A stretch of DNA of 64,000 nucleotides from Terriglobia bacterium (GCA_965198225.1 CBDAOY010000006.1:800001-864000); one strand, 5' to 3'. Shown: positions 28,709-39,050, numbered from the stretch's first letter. Made by a program: numbers and translations. Notes: a model not told the origin generated them from the letters alone.

Positions 28709-29440
28709 GTGAGAGCGATGATCCTGGCCGCGGGTTTCGGAACCCGGTTGCGGTTGCCTTTGACCGAGGAGCGGCCCAAGGCTCTGGTCGAGGTGTCGGG
28801 CCGCACGCTCCTCGAGATCACGCTCGAACGCCTGCGAAAGTGCGGTGTTGCCGAAGTGATCGTAAACGTGCATCACCTGGCCGACATGATCGTCGATTAT
28901 CTCGAGGCGAACGAGAACTTCGGTATGCGGGTCGAGGTGTCTCGGGAGGAACGCCTGCTCGACACCGGTGGCGGCCTGAAGAAGGCCGCCTGGTTTTTTC
29001 TCGAAGATCCGGAGCGGTTGGATGAGCCCTTCGTCCTCCACAACGTGGATGTGCTCAGCACGATCGACCTGGGTAGGATGTTGCAGTTCCACAGCGACAA
29101 CGAGGCGCTCGTCACGCTCGCGGTCCGGGAGCGGGAAACTTCCCGGTCCCTGCTGTTCGACGACCAACTTCAACTGTGGGGCTGGAAGTCCGGCGGCAAA
29201 ACGAGCGTCGTTCGAGAGTCCGAGCACCTTCAGGCGCTGGACTTCTCCGGCATCCACGTCATCTCTCCCCGACTGTTCCAGAAGATGCAGGAGGACGGGG
29301 AGTTTTCTATCATTGATGCTTACCTGAGTCTGGCGGCCCAAGACATGAGGATCATGGCCTTCCGGGCCGACGACTATTCGTGGCGAGATGTCGGGAGTCT
29401 CGAAGATTTGAAGCGGGCTTCCGAAGAGGCGGGCGTGTAG
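28709..29440 (+). CDS. Nucleotidyltransferase, MurU-like
   Basis: MRAMILAAGFGTRL...PKALV, LDTGGGL, NVD, WRDVG. Confidence 0.85.
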   Translation: MRAMILAAGFGTRLRLPLTEERPKALVEVSGRTLLEITLERLRKCGVAEVIVNVHHLADMIVDYLEANENFGMRVEVSREERLLDTGGGLKKAAWFFLEDPERLDEPFVLHNVDVLSTIDLGRMLQFHSDNEALVTLAVRERETSRSLLFDDQLQLWGWKSGGKTSVVRESEHLQALDFSGIHVISPRLFQKMQEDGEFSIIDAYLSLAAQDMRIMAFRADDYSWRDVGSLEDLKRASEEAGV

Positions 29441-29450
29441 GAACAAGCAG

Positions 29451-29507
29451 GTGTAGGTGCGGTCTATGACCGCACATGTTCGATTCGGTACGTTTGTGCG
29501 CCTACAG
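29451..29507. repeat. GTAG-type REP with a degenerate inverted partner
   Basis: GTGTAGGTGCGGTCTATGACCGCAC at 29451-29475; partial partner TGTGCG-CCTACA. Confidence 0.75.
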
Positions 29508-29535
29508 GGTGCGTTTTGTTGTGCCCCGCGGGTTG

Positions 29536-30996
29536 CTAGTCTTTGCGCGCGATCCTGCCGCCCCATCGCATCCAGCGGATCACACCATCCGGAGCTCGGA
29601 TGAAGTCCACGGGATCTCCGAACACCCCGTCGAATGTTGCCATTGCGCGATCCGGGGCATAGAACCCGATGGCTATTTCGTTTCCGTTCGTGTTTTCGAT
29701 GATCAATCCTCCATCCCCGTCACGCACCCGCCACACCGTGTTGAGCGGCGGCCGCCGGTAGACGCCGAGGTAATGTGTTGTGTCCGGTTGCTCGTCCAGG
29801 AGCCGGGGAGCCGGCAACCTTTCTCCCACGCCGCGGTTGGTGACCGTGTGTCCGGGGTCCATTGCGATGTCTTCGTAACGCCGGAGCACAGCGCGTTCGA
29901 CGTCCTGGATCAACCTCGTGCCATTGCTGTGATTCGTGAGGATCGAGAAGGCCAGATCCCGCTCGGGCACGAGTTCGAGAAGGAGGCGATGACCACCAAG
30001 CGTTCCCCCGTGGGCAGCCGTAACGATCCCGCCGACGTTTCGCAGGTGCCATCCGATCCCCATCTGGTCGTCCGTTCCGAGCTTCTCGAGCTGAGGCGTC
30101 CGCATCTGTTCCAGAGAGGAACGAGTCAGGACCCGCTGACCTTCGTGCCCGGTCCCGTCCCCGAGATGGAACACTCCGTACGCAAGAATGTCGGTGAGAT
30201 TCATCGCAGCACCGCCTGCGGTCACACTCGCGGGGAGGTTGAACGGACGGATGACCACGGTCCGATCATTCCGGATGCGATGTCCCAGTGCGAACCGAAA
30301 GGTTGCGACGTCTCCCAGCTCGGTGAACGCGCGCGACAGTCCCAGCGGTTCAAAAACGAGCTCGCGGAGGGCCCGGTGAATCGATTGCTCCGTGACAGCT
30401 TCGATGACCCGGCCCGCCAGGCTGAACCCGGCGTTATTGTAGCTCCAGACGACTCCGTGCGGAGCGAGCTGCGGTAACCGATCCATCGTCTCGACGAAGT
30501 AAGCGAGTGACCGAAACCCGCGGTTCTCGGTAGGGAGTTGACCCTCCCAACCAGGTGTGTGTGTCAGGAGGTCCAGAACCGTGACTTCACGGCTTGTTAC
30601 CTCGTCCTGGACACGAAACTCCGGGAGATAGCGGCGAACCGGCGCAGCCAGGTCCACGCGCCCGTCTTCGGCGAGCTTCATCAAAGCCGTCGTCGCCACG
30701 GTCTTCGAGATGGAGGCGATCGGGAAGATCGTGTCTGGAGTGATGGGCTGCGGATCCTCGAGGTTGTTGACACCGAAACCCCGGAGCGTGACAACCCCGT
30801 CTTTCGCGACTCCAAAGGCCACACCCGTAACCCCGTATTCCTCCATCTTCTCGGTGACGAGCGATGCCAACTCCTCGAAACGAGGATCCGTCTGCCTTCC
30901 GGCGGCTTCGCCAGTCACCGTCGACGCGCTGATCGCCGCCAAGGCCAACACGACCATTGCGACGGTCTTTCTCACCAGTCTTGATTCTTTTCTCAT
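29536..30996 (-). CDS. Secreted serine hydrolase, beta-lactamase class C/CubicO-like family
   Basis: Signal peptide, FPIASISK (SxxK), LLTHT, WSYNNAG (YxN), HGGT. Confidence 0.88.
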   Translation of the reverse strand: MRKESRLVRKTVAMVVLALAAISASTVTGEAAGRQTDPRFEELASLVTEKMEEYGVTGVAFGVAKDGVVTLRGFGVNNLEDPQPITPDTIFPIASISKTVATTALMKLAEDGRVDLAAPVRRYLPEFRVQDEVTSREVTVLDLLTHTPGWEGQLPTENRGFRSLAYFVETMDRLPQLAPHGVVWSYNNAGFSLAGRVIEAVTEQSIHRALRELVFEPLGLSRAFTELGDVATFRFALGHRIRNDRTVVIRPFNLPASVTAGGAAMNLTDILAYGVFHLGDGTGHEGQRVLTRSSLEQMRTPQLEKLGTDDQMGIGWHLRNVGGIVTAAHGGTLGGHRLLLELVPERDLAFSILTNHSNGTRLIQDVERAVLRRYEDIAMDPGHTVTNRGVGERLPAPRLLDEQPDTTHYLGVYRRPPLNTVWRVRDGDGGLIIENTNGNEIAIGFYAPDRAMATFDGVFGDPVDFIRAPDGVIRWMRWGGRIARKD

Positions 30997-31194
30997 GGTT
31001 CACCAACCTGGCGGTCAATGTATCAATTCGCGCAGGCAACGCTCCTCTTTTTTTCGCATTAATGAACGTTGCCTGAGCGGACCGGGCAGGATAATGTTCA
31101 AACCGTTCTTCGGACAACAATGCTCTCGAGGCACGTCGCGTGGCTGAAGGTTCAAGACAGCTTCGACAGCAGCGCATGCGTCACGGAGGTAAGG

Positions 31195-33022
31195 ATGATG
31201 GCAGTGACCGGTTTCCTGCGGTCCGTCCGCTACATTTTGCTCGCGATCGCGCTGATCGCAATCACGACATGCTCGTCGCCCTATCCGGCCCCTCCCGATA
31301 CGCGCAAGGGTCCGGTTGTGGACGTGATCCACGGAGTCGAATTCACGGACGATTATCGATGGCTCGAGAACCAGGACGCTCCGGAAACCCGGCAGTGGAT
31401 CGCGGCGCAGAATGAGTATGCCGAAACGATCGTCGGAGAGTCGCCACTCCGCGAGCGAATTCGCACGCGCCTCAGCGAGTTGCTCGACTTGCCGGAGGTC
31501 GGGACCCCGCGGCGGGCAGGGAGCCATGAGTACTTCACCATTCGCCGCAAAGGTGGGGAGGCTCCGGTGATCTATCGTCGTCCGGTCCCGGAGGACGAAG
31601 ATCTCGAAGAAGCCGAGCCCGATCCGGACGGCAGATACGAGGTCGTACTCGACCCCGCCGACATCGACCCGACCTATCGAACCCTGCTCTCGATGATGAA
31701 CTTCTCGCCGGACGGTGACGTGATGATGTATTCGGTCCGGGACGGTGGGGCGGGCGAAATCGAAATCCGTTTTCTGGACCTGGATAACCTCGCCGACCTG
31801 CCAGATCGGCTCCCGCGAGCCCTGTACGCATCCGTCAACTTCGATGAGGAGGGAGAGGGCTTGTACTACACGCACCGCTCGCGAGAGGTCGGACCGCGCA
31901 TCCGCCATCACGCGTTCGGTTCCCCTCCAACCGACGACGAGGAGATCTTTGGCGACGGCCTCGGACCCACGAGTTTCCTGAATATGAATTCAGTTGGAGA
32001 CGGCCGATATCGCATCTTCGGAGTCCAGCACGGTTGGGCCCGCAACGATGTCTACATCCAGGATCTCGAGGGCAGCGGCGAGATCCGTCCGGTTGTCGTC
32101 GGCCTCCCCGCTCACTTCACCGTCCGCTTTCGGGAAGGACGCCTCTATGTGCGCACGGACATGGATGCGCCCATGTACCGGCTCATGGTCGCAGACCCGG
32201 AGCGTCCGGAGCCGGAGCACTGGGAGGAACTCATCCCGGAGTCCGAAGATCTGTTTGAGACTTACAGCTTCATCGACGGCAGGATCTACGCCACGTACCT
32301 CCACGACGTGAGTGATCGCATCCGTGTCTTCGCAGAGGACGGAACGCTGGTCGGTGAGGTGGAAATCCCCGATCACCTTTCCGCGACGATCCGGGGCGAC
32401 GGTGATGGCAAGGCCTCCTTAACGTTGCGCGGTCACCTGCAGCCGAACACGACCTACGACCTCGACCTATCCAAGGGCGAGCGTCTGGTATCCGAGGAGT
32501 CGGAAGTGCCCCGACTCGGGGTCACGGGTGCAAGCAATGGAGGATTGCTTGTGGCGAGCGCAATGACCCAACGCCCGGACCTCTTCCGCGCCGTTCTACG
32601 CCCGGACCTCTTCCGCGCCGTTCTGCGCCTATCCCGATCTGGACATGGTGCGATTCAACACGTTCCGCAGCACGAACAACCTGCCCGCCCTCTTGGAGTA
32701 CGGAGATGCCTCTATTCCCGAGCAGTTCGAAGCCATTCGGCAATACTCACCCTATCAAGCCGTGCGCGACGGTGTGGACTACCCGGCCGTGATGCTGACG
32801 ACTGGAGACCTGGACACCCGAGTGCCGCCTCTTCAGGCCAGGCGGATGACCGCCCGGCTACAGGCCGCAACGTCGTCGGGCTTGCCCGTGATTCTGTATT
32901 ACGACGAAAGGGGCGGCCACGCCGCCGGCCGCGGGCGACCCGTGAGCCTGCGAATCGAGGACTCGGCTCGAGAGATCACGTTCCTGGCCCAGCAACTGGG
33001 GTTGGGCGTGGAGCGTGAGTGA
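31195..33022 (+). pseudogene. Prolyl oligopeptidase (S9A) with internal deletion, 27-bp duplication and frameshift
   Basis: DDYRWLE N-terminus and propeller, then a jump to RLGVTGASNGGLL. 27-bp tandem duplication at 32571-32624. The catalytic Asp (DTRV) and His (GGH) lie in another frame (32645-33022). Confidence 0.85.
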
Positions 33023-33073
33023 AGTTTCGGAACAAAAATACGCACGCTGGGAAGGCCGGCTCTCGACGATTTC

Positions 33074-33138
33074 AAATCAAGCAATTTCCAATGAAAAACC
33101 TGCAATGCGGATTACTCAATATCGCGATTTGCAATTGA
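33074..33138. repeat. AT-rich degenerate short-unit intergenic repeat, related to 55185-55331
   Basis: AAATCAAGCAATTTCCAAT...CAATGCGGATT resembles AAATCGAGCAATTTGCAAT...CAATGCGGAAT at 55269-55309. Confidence 0.55.
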
Positions 33139-33279
33139 ACCCACTCAGTTTCCGAAGAGCTATTCTTCAGTAAGCGGTGGAACCCGAGGATCCCACTTCC
33201 CCGACCCGTTCTTGGGCACAGACTGGATTTGAATTACAATTCACGTCCCTACACCAAAACAAAGTGGAGGAGATCGGCG

Positions 33280-34317
33280 ATGACTATCTCGAACTTGAAT
33301 CGGAGAGACTTCCTCAGGATCTCGATTGCAACCGGCGCCGCCGCATCCGCGATGCTGGACCCAGGCCCCGCCGACGCCCAGACGTTTGCGAAGCCCGACT
33401 GGCGAATCATCGACATGCACACGCACCTGCTCCGGCAGGTGCGGCCTCCGTTGCCACGCACCCCAGTCCTGCGTGACAATCCGCTGACGAGTCATTACAC
33501 CTGGCACGAGCACAACGGGGACCTGCTGGTTGCCGAAATGAACGTGGCCGGCGTGACCCAGGCCCTGGTGAAGACCTACGAAGCCGAAGATCTGGCAATT
33601 GCGCTCAAACGCTTCGGAATAGATCCTGCTGAATTCCAGACCGGTGAAGAATACATGCTGCCCTGGATTCGCAAATATCCGGAGCGGTTCCTGTGGGCTG
33701 GTGTCTTCAACCCCACGAGGACCGACCGGATGGCCGAATGGAAGAGCCGCATCGAAGGCGAGGAGCTGAAAGCGGTGGTGTTCCGGCCTCCGTTCTTCCC
33801 GCGCAATCCGATCAACGACAGCACACACCGTGAAATTCTGGAGTGGTGTCGCGCCAACCAGAAACCGGTGATGATGACCTTCGAGGGCATCGTCCCTCCG
33901 GAGACGCCGAACCAGGCGGAGTACGTGGGCTGGTTCGCCGAGGTCGTCGACGCCTTCCCGGACGTGCGCTTCTGTCTCATGCACATGGGCTTCGACGAGC
34001 TGGCGCAGCTGGCGCGCGTACCGATGTTCCGTGTCGTCAACGAACTCAACGAGAGGCATGGCAACGTCTGGTTCGAAACCGCCATGCATGTCGATCATAC
34101 GTACCCGTACCTCGGCTATCTCGAGAAGCTCGAGATGCTGTACCAGGCCGTCGGGCGAGACAGGATCATGTGGAGTACCGATTGGCCCTGGACCGAAACC
34201 TGGAGCAAGTACTTCCAGCACGTCCAGGCGGTGCTCGAAAACGCCCATTTTCTGTCCCAGGACGAGAAGAGACTGTTTCTCGGCGAAAACGCCGTGACGT
34301 TCCTCGGAATCGACTGA
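33280..34317 (+). CDS. Tat-exported amidohydrolase (Amidohydro_2-like)
   Basis: NRRDFLR Tat motif, IIDMHTH, HMG, WSTDWP, GENA. GGAG upstream. Confidence 0.85.
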   Translation: MTISNLNRRDFLRISIATGAAASAMLDPGPADAQTFAKPDWRIIDMHTHLLRQVRPPLPRTPVLRDNPLTSHYTWHEHNGDLLVAEMNVAGVTQALVKTYEAEDLAIALKRFGIDPAEFQTGEEYMLPWIRKYPERFLWAGVFNPTRTDRMAEWKSRIEGEELKAVVFRPPFFPRNPINDSTHREILEWCRANQKPVMMTFEGIVPPETPNQAEYVGWFAEVVDAFPDVRFCLMHMGFDELAQLARVPMFRVVNELNERHGNVWFETAMHVDHTYPYLGYLEKLEMLYQAVGRDRIMWSTDWPWTETWSKYFQHVQAVLENAHFLSQDEKRLFLGENAVTFLGID

Positions 34318-34336
34318 GGACGGGACCCTCGAGAGC

Positions 34337-34407
34337 GTGTAGGTGCGCTCTATGAGCGCACATGGTTGGGGCTCGAAGAATTGTGCGGTCATAGACCGCA
34401 CCTAGAC
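34337..34407. repeat. GTAG-type REP doublet
   Basis: GTGTAGGTGCGCTCTATGAGCGCAC...GTGCGGTCATAGACCGCACCTAGAC. Confidence 0.85.
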
Positions 34408-34493
34408 CTCTGTTTTGGAGAAGGAGGGTGTTTGAATGTTCCATGGGTTCGGTGTAGCGTGAGGCCGAAACCAAACGACAGGAGGCAACGTTT

Positions 34494-36755
34494 TTGATAT
34501 TCGCCTTGCCTTTGAAGCCGATTGTTCTGGCTCTGGCGCTCCTCGGCGCTCAGATGCCCCCGCCTCTCGGCGCGCCCGACGAAGCCCTCCTCGATGCCGC
34601 TCAACGCAACGACATGAACGACATGAACGACGTTCTGCGGGCCCTCCAGCAGGGAGCGGATGTCAATGCGCAGAAGTTTTACGGTGGCCGCGCCTTGCTG
34701 TTTGCGGCGACCAACGCGAACCTCGACATGGTGGAGCTGCTTGTCGAACGCGGGGCGGACCTCATGGTCGAGGTCACGCCATACCTCAGCGGAGTCGTCG
34801 GTGGGGTGATGCGCAGCGGGAATATGGGAATGACCCTGTATCTGCTGGAAAGGCTCGAGGAAGGATCGGCAGGAATCTCGGCCGTCGTCCTGTACGCCGT
34901 CGAACAGAAGAATCTCACGCTGCTCGAAGCGGCGTTCGCCCGAGCCGACATACCCGATACGGTGATCGCGGCCAGTCATGCGTTTGCCGTGAGGACCGAC
35001 AATGCCGAGATGGCAGCGGTGCTGGAGGCCGAGATGGGCCGACGTCCTGGCTCGGCAGATCTAGTCGTCACGCTGCCTCGGGCCGATCTGGACGCGTTCA
35101 CGGGCTCGTATCTGGACCTCAGCACCGGCCAGACTCAGAGGCTGACGTTCGATATCGCTCCCGACGACGTGAACCTCAGCGTGTCGATCACGGGCGCGAC
35201 GCGCGAGGTCTCACTGATGCTGGTCCCAACGTCGGATTCCACCTTCATCACCCCGCAGGTCGCCCACGCCAGTTTCCGATTCGATCGCCGGGATGGCGTC
35301 GTCGGGAGCGTGGTTTTCAGCAATCCGACCAACGGGAAGAATCCAACGCTCACCTACCTGCGCGCCGATGACGAGGCCGAGACGCTGGCGGCTGCTTCGC
35401 TGCCGAACGCGGGTCCGATCGACCTGTCCACGGTGCCGCGCGACACACCGCGACCGTGGCCGTCTTTCCGTGGGCCGAGCGCATCCGGCATCGCCGACGG
35501 GCAAGGCGCCGTCACGGAATGGGACGCCGGGACCGGCCGGAACATTCGCTGGAAGACGCCCATTCCCGGCATAGCGAACGCGAGCCCCATCATCTGGGGG
35601 AATCGCGTCTTCGTCGCCACCGCGGTCAGTAGCTCGGGCAACAGTTTTTTCCGGACCGGAGATTACAGCGGCGCATCGTCGGTCGACGATCTGTCCGAGC
35701 ATAGCTGGAGACTCTATGCGCTCGACGTCGAAAGCGGGCGCGTCGTCTGGGAGCGGGAAGTCCACCAGGGCGTGCCGCGCACGAAGCGTCACATGAAAGG
35801 TAGCCAGGCCAGCTCGACGCCGGCTACCGACGGACGCTACGTCGTCGTCATCTTCGGTACGGTCGGAATGTTTGCGACTTACGACATTGACGGCGAGCTG
35901 CTTTGGAAGAAGGACCTGGGGGTATTGGGCAACGGCTCCTATTACGATTCCAACGACCAGTGGGGCCACAGCAGTTCACCGATCATCTACGGGGACACGG
36001 TCATCCTTCAGATCGATCGCCAGAAAGATCCGTTTGTGGCGGCATATGATCTCGCAACGGGACGGGAGCTATGGCGGACGAGCCGGGAGGGTGAGATCTC
36101 CTCCTGGGGCACTCCGACGATCGTGACCGCAAGGTCGGGCGGAGATGAACTGATCACGAACGGCACCTCGATCAGGGGGTACGATCCAAAGACCGGCGAG
36201 CTGCGCTGGACGCTCGCACCGAATTCCGACGTCGCGATACCGACTCCGGTGGCCGGCCCCGACCTCGTTTACGTCGCTGCAGGGTATCCCCCGATCCGTC
36301 CGATCTACGCGATTCGACCGGGGTCCACCGGTAACATTTCTCTGGAAGACAGCGCCAGTTCCAACGAAGCCGTCGCCTGGAGCGCCCGGCGAGGCGGTCC
36401 CTACATCCCGACGCCGATCTTCTATCGAGGCGTGCTCTACGTCCTCAGAAACAACGGCGTCATCACGGGCTACGACGGCGGCACCGGTGAACGCGTCTAC
36501 CAGGCGCGGGTCGGCCGCGTTGGCGGCGCATTCACTGCCTCGCCCATCGCCGCCGACGGCCGCCTGTATCTCGTCAACGAAGACGGCGACGCGTATGTGC
36601 TCGAGGCAGGCCGGGAATACGTTTTGATATCGCGGAACGACATGAACGAAATCGTCATGACGACGCCCGCGATTTCAGACGGCCTGATTGTGATCCGCAC
36701 GTTCGGCCATGTTTACGGAATCGGAGATACGAGTGACAGGGGGCGTGAGAAGTAG
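34494..36755 (+). CDS. Secreted protein: N-terminal ankyrin repeats plus C-terminal PQQ-like (BamB-type) beta-propeller
   Basis: Signal-like N-terminus; GADVNA...ALLFAA...VELLVERGAD ankyrin; WPSFRGP, SSPII, TGRELW and FTASP propeller motifs. Start codon uncertain. Confidence 0.8.
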   Translation: MIFALPLKPIVLALALLGAQMPPPLGAPDEALLDAAQRNDMNDMNDVLRALQQGADVNAQKFYGGRALLFAATNANLDMVELLVERGADLMVEVTPYLSGVVGGVMRSGNMGMTLYLLERLEEGSAGISAVVLYAVEQKNLTLLEAAFARADIPDTVIAASHAFAVRTDNAEMAAVLEAEMGRRPGSADLVVTLPRADLDAFTGSYLDLSTGQTQRLTFDIAPDDVNLSVSITGATREVSLMLVPTSDSTFITPQVAHASFRFDRRDGVVGSVVFSNPTNGKNPTLTYLRADDEAETLAAASLPNAGPIDLSTVPRDTPRPWPSFRGPSASGIADGQGAVTEWDAGTGRNIRWKTPIPGIANASPIIWGNRVFVATAVSSSGNSFFRTGDYSGASSVDDLSEHSWRLYALDVESGRVVWEREVHQGVPRTKRHMKGSQASSTPATDGRYVVVIFGTVGMFATYDIDGELLWKKDLGVLGNGSYYDSNDQWGHSSSPIIYGDTVILQIDRQKDPFVAAYDLATGRELWRTSREGEISSWGTPTIVTARSGGDELITNGTSIRGYDPKTGELRWTLAPNSDVAIPTPVAGPDLVYVAAGYPPIRPIYAIRPGSTGNISLEDSASSNEAVAWSARRGGPYIPTPIFYRGVLYVLRNNGVITGYDGGTGERVYQARVGRVGGAFTASPIAADGRLYLVNEDGDAYVLEAGREYVLISRNDMNEIVMTTPAISDGLIVIRTFGHVYGIGDTSDRGREK

Positions 36756-36770
36756 TCAGTAGTCGGTAGT

Positions 36771-38089
36771 CAGTAGTGTCCGACACGTTTCAGAATAGAT
36801 TCAATTGGTTAGCGTTAGAGTGTCGATTTGAGATGAGCCCGGATTCGGTAAGCAGCTGAAAAAGAGGCACATTCTCAAATGGTGTGACACTCAAGATCTG
36901 TAACATTGAGTGCAACGACAAAGGCAAATTCAGTTCTTTACGCACGATAGCCACCAGCACGTAAACGCTCACGGCGACCCAGACCTGAGTTTTGACGGCG
37001 TTCTCGGAAGTGCCGAAGAAACGCTTGATGCGCAGGTGCTGTTTGATCCATTTGAAGAACAGCTCCACCTGCCAGCGCAGGCGATACAACTCGCAGATGG
37101 TCCGGGCTGGGAGCGTCATGTGATTGGTCAAGAAAACCAGTCGCCGACCCTCGGGATCGCGATAACGAATGCGACGCAACCGTTCGGGGTAGCCGCGGCG
37201 GGAGCGAAATACGGTCAGTTCGATAGTCTGATCGCAGATGAGGCCCGTGTGTCGGTCGACGGGTTGGGAGTAGATGCGCTTGAACGCGAAGTCGGATCGA
37301 GCACGGGTGACGAAGAAGCTCCCGGCTTGATTGAAGGTGTAGAGGCGATCGAAGTCGAGATAGCCGCGGTCCATCACGTAGAAAGCACCGGCTTCGGCGA
37401 TGAGCAGGTCGAGAACGTTGACGTCGTGCAGCCTGCCTTCGGAGATGTGGATGAAGCTGGGGATACCGCCACGCAGGTCGAGCAGCGTATGAAGCTTCAC
37501 CGCGGCTTCGGTCTTTCGAAAGTGCGCCCAAGGGAACAGCGACAAGCACAGACTGATCATCGTGGAGTCGAGCGCGTAGACGGTTTCGTCCAGGTCGATC
37601 CCGAGCGGCTCGTGGGCATACAAGCGGCGTGCGATGCGGATCAGCGCCTGAGCGAACTCTCCGTAGATGCGCCAGTCGCGAGACTCGTTGGCATCGGCCA
37701 ATGCACTGCGGCTGACCTTCCCGTGCAACCCCAGGTGGTAGAGCTTGGCGGGTTGGGCTCGCAAGCAGGCTTGAATGTCGCGCAGGCTCTCCCGATAGGT
37801 CAGCTGAGCGAAGGCCATGCATAGGAACTGGTCCAGGCAACTGAATGTGCGGACGTTGAAATTGCCGCGGTACTTGGTCACCAGACGACGGAACGTATAC
37901 CACGGCGCGAACTCCATGACTTGTGCGAAGACCAGCTTGCCAGCGTGCATCGGTGCCTCCCAGAAACCTCTGGAAAGGCTGCCGCGAAGGCCGCACAGAA
38001 ATCAAATCGTTAACACCTTGACAAGCGCGCTACATCGCGTCAGTTCTAACTTTAGGACCGGGAGGTCCTAAATCTGTCGGACACTACTG
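36771..38089 (-). mobile_element. Complete IS4-family insertion sequence (1319 bp) with 15-bp TIRs and 9-bp target duplication
   Basis: CAGTAGTGTCCGACA (36771-36785) / TGTCGGACACTACTG (38075-38089). Direct repeat GTCGGTAGT at 36762-36770 and 38090-38098. Confidence 0.93.
36790..37950 (-). CDS. IS4-family DDE transposase (DUF4372-type N-terminus)
   Basis: AFAQLTYRESLRDI, ALDST, KLH, MDRGY, YRLRWQVELFFKWIKQ (YREK-like) motifs. Confidence 0.93.
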   Translation of the reverse strand: MHAGKLVFAQVMEFAPWYTFRRLVTKYRGNFNVRTFSCLDQFLCMAFAQLTYRESLRDIQACLRAQPAKLYHLGLHGKVSRSALADANESRDWRIYGEFAQALIRIARRLYAHEPLGIDLDETVYALDSTMISLCLSLFPWAHFRKTEAAVKLHTLLDLRGGIPSFIHISEGRLHDVNVLDLLIAEAGAFYVMDRGYLDFDRLYTFNQAGSFFVTRARSDFAFKRIYSQPVDRHTGLICDQTIELTVFRSRRGYPERLRRIRYRDPEGRRLVFLTNHMTLPARTICELYRLRWQVELFFKWIKQHLRIKRFFGTSENAVKTQVWVAVSVYVLVAIVRKELNLPLSLHSMLQILSVTPFENVPLFQLLTESGLISNRHSNANQLNLF

Positions 38090-38134
38090 GTCGGTAGTCA
38101 GTAGTCAGTTGGCGGCTGCGCCGCGGCGCTCGAA

Positions 38135-38384
38135 GCTAGCTGGAGCTTTCACTTCCGGGCTTCCAGCCATTAGGTCACCCCAATAACTGCCGGATATAAC
38201 TACGGCGCCATACTGGAAATTGCGCCGGCGGGACTTGAACCCGCTAGCACAGCAGCTAGCCTCGCTGCGCCACTTCCTCGCTGTCTACGCTTCTCTCCCG
38301 CCGGTCACCCGGCGACAGGCAAGACTCGCTACCGGCCTGCCCTCTACGGCTTTAACCGGACTGGACTTTCACCGGTTATTTCCC
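38135..38384 (-). mobile_element. Two joined 5'-end (domain I) remnants of group II introns on the minus strand
   Basis: Minus strand reads GGTGAAAGTCC...GGTAGCGAGTCTTGC...GGTGAC...GAAGCGTAGACAGCG, similar to D1 of intron 2 at 39835-39885. It is followed by GCGCAGCGAGGCTAGC...GCGGGTTCAAGTCCCGCCGGC from 38270. No D5 or ORF is associated. Confidence 0.6.
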
Positions 38385-39050
38385 CTTGTCATCTGTAGCG
38401 CTGTCGAATAGTGTGAAACACGTCGATTCGTTGTCGAATGCAATTGTTTTCAAGCCTTTAAGCCTTGGGGAAACTCTCAAGTCGGCGGCGGCGATCGGTA
38501 TGGCGTCATGCCGCTGGGAAACAATCCAGAAAGCCTCCACGAGACCTCCGACTCTACCTTTGTGCCGAAATGGATCAGAGGGGCCTGCTGTCAGTGAAGA
38601 TCACTAAAACACCCATGAGTGAGCGCCATCCGAGAGGGACAGCGTACAGACGGACAAGAGGGCTCATTTCAACCGCGCAGACTGTTACAATCCGCTTCAC
38701 GCCTGAAGACACAGTGATTCCGTCGATCGAGATCCAGCGGGTACTTCCTGCAATGGGGTCGATTCGCGACACGGCGGCCTCTCTATTCGGCTTTACGGCT
38801 GATTTCAATGTGCGCCGTGAGAAGGCGCCAATCCTCAGCGGGTGCGAATCCCGCCCGGCAACTGTCGCTCCAGTCGGTAGCAATCGGAGCGGATGGTGGA
38901 GGTAACAACATCGTCTGAAGCACTCCGATGACAAAGGGCCGCCTCGGGCGGCTCAGCGACCACACAGGCCACAACGCGAGTAAACGCCGAGCAGGCCTCG
39001 AAACGCACAATGCGGAAGCCGACCCGCCGTTGAAACGGGGAAGGCGTCAC

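Noticed and set aside
36910-37824. 304-aa ORF antisense to the IS4 transposase (also 36938-38005 in an alternative frame)
   Set aside because: Shadow frames of a GC-rich transposase gene with no recognisable motifs.
38225-38245. GGTTCAAGTCC on the minus strand resembling a tRNA T-arm
   Set aside because: No cloverleaf or acceptor stem. The context matches the GCGGGTNNAAGTCCCGC hairpin found near the 5' end of the group II introns here.
38400-38809. Possible small ORF (38465-38905 plus) as host gene of intron 1
   Set aside because: No recognisable family or clear start, and the 3' exon is a non-coding palindrome; cannot be supported as a gene.
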